Shown: positions 55,801 through 63,090 of the stretch, in pieces
How positions within the stretch are numbered: the stretch's first letter is position 1
Layout: each line of letters opens with the position of its first letter
Assembly: GCA_037130135.1 (NCBI GenBank)
Contig: JBAXTO010000001.1
Span: 675,061 to 739,060 of the forward strand
Reading direction: 5' to 3'
From: Bacteroidota bacterium
GTDB lineage: Bacteria; Bacteroidota; Bacteroidia; Chitinophagales; CAMDFR01
DNA length: 64,000 bases
Made by a program: the position numbers and the translations under genes
The notes under the pieces: generated by a model
Seen by the model: only the letters and a program-made list of their open reading frames with translations
Told to the model about the DNA's origin: nothing
Databases searched by the model: none

Positions 55801-58393
55801 TTCTTAATGCTAATAAAGAACCTGTTGCACTATCACCAATTGCTATAGTTGGATAAACAATATTACCACCAGTAAATCTAGCATTACCAGTATTTACTAC
55901 ACCAAACCAACCAGTAAATGAACCAGTAGCATCTGTAGTAAAAGTACCATAGTTTCCTGCAGATGTTAAACTTGCACCTGTTGAATAAGTATATAATGTA
56001 CCTGTTGAATTGATAAATAATGGATTACCAGCACCAGGATTTGCACCACCAAAATCTACAGTTCCTCCACCTGCTGTAGAATTTGTACAAGCATTTGTGA
56101 AATATCTATAAGTAGTTGAAGGGGATAAATTTGTTAATGTTGCTCTATACATAAATGGTAATCGAGATGAAGTACCGCTTGACATATATTGTGGTACTAA
56201 AACACCATTAAAATATTCTTGAGTTAATTTTGGAGCGATAGTAATTACACCACCAGCAGTCAAAGGATCTGTACCAGTTTTTGTTCCACTTGAAAAAGTA
56301 ATATTTGCAAAAGGTGTAGAAGTAATATTGATAGTGCGTGGACTAACAGCAACAGATGAAAAATCAGCAGTAAGCCAAACATATACGGTTGTACCAACTG
56401 TAATAAATTGATTTAAACCTGTAAATGAAATAGTTCCACCAGAAGATACAACTGCTACATTGGCTAATTTTGTTGCTGTAGCAATTGAATTAGTAGTATT
56501 GAAATATAATTTTATACTATCTGCAACTAAATCTGTTGTTTGATATGTTCCAGCAGTAGTGAAAGAAATAGCATTTAGATTTGTACTATTTAAAGTAGGA
56601 GCAAAACTTACTTGATATAAAACTTTATTTAATGTTCCAGAATTTACGGTACTTGCTGTTGGACCTACAAAAGCAATAGCGATACTAGGAGTTACGTTAG
56701 CAAAAGTTTGGTTATTTCCAGCAACAATTGGATCTGTACCAGTTTTGATTCCTGTAGCAAAAGTAATACTACTAAAAGGTGTACTTGTAATATTAATAAA
56801 TCTACTTGAACTTGCATTATATGATACATCAGCTGTAATTAATATATAAGAGTTTCCTAATGGAATGCTTTGTGTTAGACCAGAGATACTAATTGTACCA
56901 CCTGAAACAACTATTGGTTGACTAGCCCCTAATTGAGTAGCACCAGTTAAATTATTTGCAGTATTATACCATACTTTAAATCCATTTGTTTGTAAATCAC
57001 TTGTTAAATAAGTACCACCAGTTGTAAAACTAACTGAATTTAATATGGCAGCAGCAGCTGTAACATTTAAGTTGATACTTCTCAGTATATTGTTAGTAGA
57101 ACTTTGATTGATAGAACCTGCTGCTGGACTTACATCGCTTAAAGCAATAGAAGGTGGAATAGCAACAAATGTTTGAATATTACTTGCAGAAACTGGATCT
57201 GTTCCTGTTTTAGTACCAGATGCAAAGGTAATATTACTAAAAGCAGTACTAGTAAAACGAACTGTATTTAATGGAGTTGCTGTAGAAGATATAGAAGAAG
57301 TTACTAGAATATATCTTGTGGTACCAGAAGATATAGAATTAGATAATCCAGATACTGAAAGTGAAGCACCTGAACTAGGTATAGTTGTAATAGTAGAACC
57401 TAATTGAGTTGCACCCGAAATAGAAGTTGCTGAACTGCTTAACCAAAATTTAAAGTTGGTAATATCAGAAGTTAAATACGTTCCGGCAGTGGTTAAACTT
57501 ACACCGTTTAAAGTAGCATTAGCAACTGTTACATCCAATTGTGTAGCCGCAATAATATTATCATTAGAACCTTGATTTAAGTTAGCAGCAATTGGATGCA
57601 CTGGTGAAATATTAATGGAAGGTGTTGAACCAGTAGATGCTTGAAAACTTACATCATCAATTGCTAAATTATCATCATTCCCAGCATCATTTACATCAGT
57701 CCATCTAATATATAATACTGTTCCTGCAGCCCAAGAAATACCAGTAATAGTTGAAGTAATACCAACAGTTCTATTACCAACAGCATTTCCATCAGTAGTA
57801 ACATCAGCAGTAATATTATTCACAAGCGCTGTAAAATCTAAAGCAGTAACATTCGTATAAGTACCAACCGTTAACGAAGTAGCACCTATAGAATATGAAA
57901 AAGTAGCTTTATTTAAAATAGCTGCACTAGAACCACCATCTTTCCATTGTTCTCCGGTATATGTTAGTGTAAATTGAGTTAAAGTAGTTCCAGTATTGTT
58001 TGTAAAAAACGCACCATATTGTGATGTTAAACTTCCAGAAGCATACGAACCAAAAGCACGTTCATTTGATGAAGTTGCACCATCTAAATACGTATCACCT
58101 GTTCCTGAAGAACCATTATCATTTCTAAAAGTGGTATTAGCATTAGTACCAGCTTCTACAAATACCCAACCAGTAGGCAGAATTGTAGCCGCTTGTGTGG
58201 TGTTATTTAATGGTACTGCGCCATATAATCCGTCAAAGTTTTGTGAATAAGTGGAGCCTGCAGTTGTATATGAAACTTGTGCAGAAACTTGCTTGCTTAT
58301 AACAAAGACCAATAAAATGGAAAGAAGCAAACTGTACTTTTTGACCCTTGTAGAATCAAAAAAACGTAAAATAAAGGAGTAGTGGTTAAGCAT
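52895..58393 (-). CDS. giant T9SS type-A cargo / putative surface adhesin (1832 aa)
   Basis: Order of elements: signal peptide; ~210-aa N-terminal module (YSQNFDGL..PTGW..ERAFGS..AIDDVSF); 3 x ~155-aa modules; Ig-like module; 4 x 51-aa Cys repeats; two FN3-like segments; type-A CTD (LSIYPNPANTEATLSY...GVYFVKVQAGDYMQTRKLMV). Confidence 0.85.
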   Translation of the reverse strand: MLNHYSFILRFFDSTRVKKYSLLLSILLVFVISKQVSAQVSYTTAGSTYSQNFDGLYGAVPLNNTTQAATILPTGWVFVEAGTNANTTFRNDNGSSGTGDTYLDGATSSNERAFGSYASGSLTSQYGAFFTNNTGTTLTQFTLTYTGEQWKDGGSSAAILNKATFSYSIGATSLTVGTYTNVTALDFTALVNNITADVTTDGNAVGNRTVGITSTITGISWAAGTVLYIRWTDVNDAGNDDNLAIDDVSFQASTGSTPSINISPVHPIAANLNQGSNDNIIAATQLDVTVANATLNGVSLTTAGTYLTSDITNFKFWLSSSATSISGATQLGSTITTIPSSGASLSVSGLSNSISSGTTRYILVTSSISSTATPLNTVRFTSTAFSNITFASGTKTGTDPVSASNIQTFVAIPPSIALSDVSPAAGSINQSSTNNILRSINLNVTAAAAILNSVSFTTGGTYLTSDLQTNGFKVWYNTANNLTGATQLGASQPIVVSGGTISISGLTQSIPLGNSYILITADVSYNASSSRFINITSTPFSSITFATGIKTGTDPIVAGNNQTFANVTPSIAIAFVGPTASTVNSGTLNKVLYQVSFAPTLNSTNLNAISFTTAGTYQTTDLVADSIKLYFNTTNSIATATKLANVAVVSSGGTISFTGLNQFITVGTTVYVWLTADFSSVAVSPRTINITSTPFANITFSSGTKTGTDPLTAGGVITIAPKLTQEYFNGVLVPQYMSSGTSSRLPFMYRATLTNLSPSTTYRYFTNACTNSTAGGGTVDFGGANPGAGNPLFINSTGTLYTYSTGASLTSAGNYGTFTTDATGSFTGWFGVVNTGNARFTGGNIVYPTIAIGDSATGSLLALRILNDSLKVLTYATSAGANNGTFLKENTSNAIPRNFVAIYDNTAGTGKPVYISPVNAIDPTIASVITGYTVSTGGWNAIIPNNNANGIQRIEQRDFNNNIQCYSTDTDGIWSTGSVSTVNPITGSTPKIISILDAPLGPPSITSQPLATQSVCLNSTPTNLTVVASGSGLTYKWYSNTISSTIGATLIPSATTNTYTPSTTSSGTTFYYCEITSTCSSFSNIVSVVIKLPTSGSFSQSICPGTSYLFNGVNLTSAGTYLDTLVGSNSCDSFLTLNLSIKPTSSGSFSQSICPGTSYLYNGVNLTSAGSYLDTLVGSNGCDSFLTLNLSLKPTSSGSFSQTICPGTSYLFNGVNLSSAGSYLDTLVGFNGCDSFVTLNLIVRALSTGSFSHGICGGTSYLFNGLSLTDAGTYLDTLTSFYGCDSFLTLNLFIYAPGVGGCPAAPRHDNMCYPVNVTAGVTSTIPYSAVGYANINTHTDTVYNNNGYSTFQVGEPIGSCGTSGTNNKTLWYKFTAPFCATPSVYVSTDDRSTTNFNTRISVYRRVVPTSCSGGYTEIACNDNANYYLNTGATNNSTVVLTPNSATPTTNQYAPGEDLYIQTSGVGTASGNFGLIIDAEPFVPSVSSVGSGSAVVDWTTTMISPWGGISGAYIQWRPVGAGPTVGGTYAYIAGPSSTYTITGLLPGTNYEYWASYVCGNGGRWWSKKGTFTTSSSCVGTSPSIVSVIATTPCNTPTISFNATSLAYSSYRVIRRQIGSSVVLMSPAYYTSPSTQTYTSPALLLGRTYQFYVVAYCGTAKVDSSAISSYTVCASLRTANPNATEQVDEDKDVAYIMPNGTVVYGLPFNAMDLPFDATNPNEQTITLETMDANTYFGRDITPTVATATEGALSIYPNPANTEATLSYTLEKASDVMSIQVLDAQGKVMMTDQVSNPAMSGTYTINLNQYSAGVYFVKVQAGDYMQTRKLMVETR
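54509..55117 (-). repeat. in-frame 153-bp tandem repeat x4 (51-aa SGSFSQSICPGTSYLFNGVNLTSAGTYLDTLVGSNSCDSFLTLNLSIKPT module)
   Basis: This covers aa 1093-1295 of the giant protein. By-eye alignment puts copies 1-3 at roughly 85-90 percent nucleotide identity. Copy 4 is more diverged. Confidence 0.85.
56231..57622 (-). repeat. three tandem ~155-aa (~465-bp) modules within the giant cargo gene
   Basis: The modules span aa 258-412, 413-568 and 569-721. Each ends with ..ITSTPF.NITF.SGTKTGTDP.. and contains ..LN.VSFTT.GTY.T.D... Confidence 0.75.
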
Positions 58394-58578
58394 TTTTGTT
58401 TTATTTAATTTGTGAATAATAGTAACAGCAAAAGAATAGTCTTACTATTATTTAAATTTATTTTGAATGTTATTTAATTATAAAGTTTTTTTTAAATATT
58501 TTACAATAAGTTAACATGGGTCTAAAATAGGATTAATACAACTCGAATTTCTTTGCAATTATTTGTCATTTAAATTAT

Positions 58579-61500
58579 TTGCACTTGAAACAGTTATTAC
58601 TTCTTCTAACTATATTATTTTTATCAACTTACATAAAAGCTCAAACTCCCACAAAGTGTGTTGAAGTAGAGAGTTTTTTTGTTGATGCTTGTGGATCACC
58701 GGAACAAGACAATGAAATGATTCGATTTATAATAGGTCCGAGTGATTTAAATGTATCTTCATTTACTGTTACATGGTATAGTAACACTTGGTTAGGTATA
58801 TGTCAAAATGCAACGTCCGCATTAAAAACTGCTGCTTTTAATAGAACTATTTTAGGATGTGGTTATTTGAAAGAACCTGTTGGTGGCATACTTCCAGCTG
58901 GTAAAGAAATATTATTAATTACGAGCACTGCGGTTGATACTTTAGCTAATTCCTTTGCTAATTTGAATGACACTCTAATCGTAATATATCAGTGTCCTGG
59001 TGCTACTTCCGGACATTTTAGAAATTACAATTCAACACCATTAGTTCGTTATGCGATTCTTAATTTTTCAGGTATTGGTGGGTGTAGCGATACAGGAACC
59101 TATGATCCTAATCAATTAATAAATAGTTTAGGTGGATATGGTGGTGGTTCTGCTATTGAGAATGGTGCAACAGTAAATTTTGCCTGGAATGGCACTCCTA
59201 CCTATGTTAATAATGGATGTAATGCCCCATTTATTCCTCTATCAGCTAATATCATCAATAATGATACTACCTTGTGTAAAGGACAAACGATTAATTTAGC
59301 AGCAACATTAAATGGAACGAATAGAATCAGTTGGATTAGTTCAGCAACTGGTACATTTAATAGAACAGATAGTACATCGGTTGTATTTACACCATCTACA
59401 AGCGCTATATATCCTATTGAATTTTATGCATTAGGTTATTTGACTTGTGATACAGCAAGTGATACCGTTACAATTAATGCTTATATTGACAATACTCGTG
59501 CACCTAATGACACCGCACATTGTTTGATAGATACAATACCCTTAAATGCTAGTGGAGCTACATCTTATAACTGGACAGCAAGCAGTGGCTACATTTCATG
59601 TACCAATTGTAGCAATCCTCGAGTTGCTTCTAATACCTCTACAGCCTATTATTTAAGCATGACCTATGGTGCGTCTTGTATAAAGCTCGATACCGTATTG
59701 GTATCAATACTTGCACAAGACAGTATTTCAATGGCACAAAGCGATACGAGTATTTGTATTGGAAATACAATTAACTTATTTGCAACAAGCAATAATGGAT
59801 ATAATTGGACTGGTGGAACGGGATCATTTTCTTGTACCACTTGTGCTAATCCAACTATGACTATTACAGGTTCATCTACTATTGTGGTAACCTCTTCTGG
59901 CGTATGTAAAAGTGCTGATTCTATTAGAGTTACCTCTGTTGCTTACGATGCATTTACCTTAAGTAATGATACGACAATTTGTACAGGACAGACAGCTATT
60001 ATAGGAAGTATACCTTTCATTCCTATTTATTGGAGTAATTCATTAAGTATACCTATGGGTTGTACTATTTGTTCTTCTACCTCTATTAGCCCTACAGACA
60101 CCGTAAAAGTATTCGCAATTTCTTCAGGTTATTGCCCCGTATATGATACTGTAAATGTATTTGTAGAACAGTATCCTACTATCAACGCTTCACCAGATAG
60201 CACTATCTGTAATGGCAGTAGTATTAGTTTAAACGTAAGTGGTGCCTCATCATATACCTGGAGTAGTAATTTAGGTACAACAAGTTTATCTTGTACTTCT
60301 TGTACTTCTCCTACAGTAACACCAACTGGCAACACTATTTATTATGTACAATCAACTGGTAGATGTATTGATAGAGATACGGTAAATATTAATATAATTA
60401 ACTATCCTACATTAACACATAATTCAGATACTAGTATTTGTTTTGGCGATACAATAAGTTTATTTGTATCGGGGGCATCTGGCTACATATGGAATTCACC
60501 AAGTGGAACATCTTCATTATCTTGTACTACTTGTTCAAATCCTATTGCAACACCAACTAGTAATATAACTTATACTGTAAGTAATACTGGACAATGTATT
60601 AATACAGATACGATAAATGTAACGATAATTACCCCTTCAGGAATTACTGTATCAAATGATACAACTATTTGTTTAGGTGAAGCAGTAAGATTATTTGTAA
60701 GTGGTGGTGTATCTTATAATTGGAATTCTGCAACAGGTAGTTCATCTTTATCATGTACAAGCTGTTCAAATCCTTTAGTGAATACTCTGGTTTCTAATAC
60801 CTATTACGTTAACGTAAGTGGAACCACTTGTTCATTAAATGACACCATAAATATCACGGTCAATCCAAATACTAAAATTAATGCTGGTAATGATACTAGT
60901 ATATGTAATACGCAAGGAGTTCAATTAAATGCAAGCGGTGCGAGTAGTTATGTATGGTCGAGTAATAGAACACCATTAACACTATCTTGTACAAGCTGCT
61001 CAAACCCTATTGCAACTCCTACTTTAAATACACTTTATTATGTAACATCTACTCAAAGATGTATTATTCCTGATACTGTATCTATTGTTGTTTTACCAAG
61101 TAATAAAATTTCATTAGGCATTGATCAAACAATTTGTGATGGACAAGAAGCGACCATTAACGCCACAAATGGTTCTTATTATAATTGGAGTACTTTACCT
61201 GCAACTACATTTACTTGTCCTAATTGCAATACGTATACAAACAATTACACAAGCAATACCACATATATTGTTTCTGATACATCTGATTGTATTTTCGCTG
61301 ATACGATCAATATCGTAGTAAATGCAAATCCAATTGTATTAGCAAGTAATGATACAACCATTGATATCGGAGCGACAATCAATATTAGTGCATCTGGGGC
61401 TAATACCTATCAATGGATCCCATCCACCTATTTAGATAATAATACCAGTTCTAGTCCTCAAACAACTCCTACACAAAACATAACCTATATTGTAATGGGT

Positions 61501-61836
61501 ACAGATACGAATGGTTGTATTGCATATGATACCATAACAGTAAAGTTAAATGCAAGCAAATGTAAAATGGCTATCCCTTCAGGATTCAGTCCGAATGGTG
61601 ATGGTTTGAATGATAAATTTAGAGCCATTACCAATTGTAATGTAAAAGAATTCAAATTAGAGATATATAATCGATATGGTGAAATAGTGTTTAGCACTAA
61701 TTCTATTGAAGATAGTTGGGATGGTTCCTTTAAAGAGCGAGAACAAGGGATTAATACCTTTATTTATTATATAGAAGGAAGATATGAAGACAATGAAAAC
61801 ATAAATTATACCGGAACTATTACCTTAATCAAATAA
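58579..61836 (+). CDS. T9SS type-B cargo: N-terminal LTD-like module, about 10 Ig-like ~75-aa modules (8 with a CxxC motif) and a type-B CTD (1085 aa)
   Basis: TTG start and signal peptide MHLKQLLLLLTILFLSTYIKAQ. N-terminus: VEVESFFVDACGSPEQDNEMIRF. Repeated D(T/S)xIC.G...L..SGASSY.W....G..SLSCTSCSNP.ATPT.NT.YYV. CTD: IPSGFSPNGDGLNDKF...IYNRYGEIVFSTNSIEDSWDG...GTITLIK. Confidence 0.8.
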   Translation: MHLKQLLLLLTILFLSTYIKAQTPTKCVEVESFFVDACGSPEQDNEMIRFIIGPSDLNVSSFTVTWYSNTWLGICQNATSALKTAAFNRTILGCGYLKEPVGGILPAGKEILLITSTAVDTLANSFANLNDTLIVIYQCPGATSGHFRNYNSTPLVRYAILNFSGIGGCSDTGTYDPNQLINSLGGYGGGSAIENGATVNFAWNGTPTYVNNGCNAPFIPLSANIINNDTTLCKGQTINLAATLNGTNRISWISSATGTFNRTDSTSVVFTPSTSAIYPIEFYALGYLTCDTASDTVTINAYIDNTRAPNDTAHCLIDTIPLNASGATSYNWTASSGYISCTNCSNPRVASNTSTAYYLSMTYGASCIKLDTVLVSILAQDSISMAQSDTSICIGNTINLFATSNNGYNWTGGTGSFSCTTCANPTMTITGSSTIVVTSSGVCKSADSIRVTSVAYDAFTLSNDTTICTGQTAIIGSIPFIPIYWSNSLSIPMGCTICSSTSISPTDTVKVFAISSGYCPVYDTVNVFVEQYPTINASPDSTICNGSSISLNVSGASSYTWSSNLGTTSLSCTSCTSPTVTPTGNTIYYVQSTGRCIDRDTVNINIINYPTLTHNSDTSICFGDTISLFVSGASGYIWNSPSGTSSLSCTTCSNPIATPTSNITYTVSNTGQCINTDTINVTIITPSGITVSNDTTICLGEAVRLFVSGGVSYNWNSATGSSSLSCTSCSNPLVNTLVSNTYYVNVSGTTCSLNDTINITVNPNTKINAGNDTSICNTQGVQLNASGASSYVWSSNRTPLTLSCTSCSNPIATPTLNTLYYVTSTQRCIIPDTVSIVVLPSNKISLGIDQTICDGQEATINATNGSYYNWSTLPATTFTCPNCNTYTNNYTSNTTYIVSDTSDCIFADTINIVVNANPIVLASNDTTIDIGATINISASGANTYQWIPSTYLDNNTSSSPQTTPTQNITYIVMGTDTNGCIAYDTITVKLNASKCKMAIPSGFSPNGDGLNDKFRAITNCNVKEFKLEIYNRYGEIVFSTNSIEDSWDGSFKEREQGINTFIYYIEGRYEDNENINYTGTITLIK

Positions 61837-61847
61837 AAAATTCAAAA

Positions 61848-62387
61848 ATGAAAAACTTAGTATTTTGTACATTAATCTTATTTTGTTTAGCTAGCATTAT
61901 TACAACGACATCTGGTTGTGATAAAGACAAAAATAACAATACAACTAAAAACGATAGTATCCCAGCAGTAAGTGGTAAGTTATTTATCAATGAAGTATTT
62001 AGTAAAAGTATTTCAGGTACTGTAAATGATTGGGTGGAGTTATATAATTCATCTGATAGTACTTTATACATAAGTACCTCATTCACCTTAACTGACTCTA
62101 TAGATTACGCTGGAAAATTCCCTTTAACAAAAAAATATTATATCAATCCGAAATCATTTTTAGTGATTGAATGTGATGGAACAGATACTTGTACAGATGC
62201 CATTCATACCTCATTTAAATTATCATCAACAGGTGAGCATTTTGCTATCTATAATGGGACTCAACAAATAGATGCTGTTACATTTCCTGATATGAGTGTA
62301 GGTGATGTTTCTTATGCTCGAACTACCAATGGCGGTCCTAATTGGGCTATTACTAGTACGCCTACTAAAGGGGCATCAAATAATTAA
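61848..62387 (+). CDS. lamin-tail-domain (LTD) lipoprotein
   Basis: 179 aa with lipobox TTSGC. LTD pattern: LFINEV....DWVELYNSSDSTLYIS...LTD......FKLSSTGEHFAIYN. It starts 11 nt after the upstream stop. Confidence 0.7.
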   Translation: MKNLVFCTLILFCLASIITTTSGCDKDKNNNTTKNDSIPAVSGKLFINEVFSKSISGTVNDWVELYNSSDSTLYISTSFTLTDSIDYAGKFPLTKKYYINPKSFLVIECDGTDTCTDAIHTSFKLSSTGEHFAIYNGTQQIDAVTFPDMSVGDVSYARTTNGGPNWAITSTPTKGASNN

Positions 62388-62391
62388 TTTT

Positions 62392-63090
62392 ATGTATTAT
62401 TTTCTAATAATCTTTTGTAGTTACATACTTAATAATCAAAAAATAATTGATTATACTGCACAATCAAAAATAGATATTGAAGAACCTTCAGATATATTTT
62501 TTGATATACAAACACATCATTATTTTATAGTATCAGATGAAGGCACATTAAAAGTAAAAGACGAACAAATGAAGACAATTCACACCTTAAAAAAGAAAGG
62601 TGCTGATTTTGAAGCTATATGCGTTGTTGACTCATTTATTTATATATCTGAAGAAAGTTCAAAAAGAATTTTACAATATGATATGAATTCATATGAATTG
62701 GTAAACACCTATGATATACATAATTTTGGTTCATTAAATGCAGGTATTGAAGGTTTAACTTACAATAAAAAAACAAATACGTTTTTTGCATCTTATGAAA
62801 AAGAACCTACAGCTATTATAGAATTTGATATTCATTTTAATCAAATAAGAAAAGTTATATTAAAAGATGTTTCAGATATTTCATCGTTATATTACTACAA
62901 TAATTACCTATATGTATTAAGCGATGAAGATGCTAGTTTATTAAAGTTTGATCCTACTTCATTGCATGTAGTTGATAAAATTAAATTTAAAATTATTAAT
63001 GCAGAAGGAGTTTCCTTTGTAGATGATAATACTTTTTTAATAGTAAGTGATGCTTCACAAAAAATTTACACATTTAAATATAGCTTTTAA
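62392..63090 (+). CDS. SdiA-regulated/YjiK-like (phytase-like beta-propeller) envelope protein
   Basis: Start moved to Met31 of the ORF-track frame (MYYFLIIFCSYIL). PF06977-like pattern: EPSDIFFD..FIVSDEG...DFEAI..IYISEE, NAGIEGLTYNKKTNTFFASYEKEPTAIIEFD, LYVLSDEDASLLKFD, NAEGVSF..FLIVSDASQKIYTF. Confidence 0.6.
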   Translation: MYYFLIIFCSYILNNQKIIDYTAQSKIDIEEPSDIFFDIQTHHYFIVSDEGTLKVKDEQMKTIHTLKKKGADFEAICVVDSFIYISEESSKRILQYDMNSYELVNTYDIHNFGSLNAGIEGLTYNKKTNTFFASYEKEPTAIIEFDIHFNQIRKVILKDVSDISSLYYYNNYLYVLSDEDASLLKFDPTSLHVVDKIKFKIINAEGVSFVDDNTFLIVSDASQKIYTFKYSF

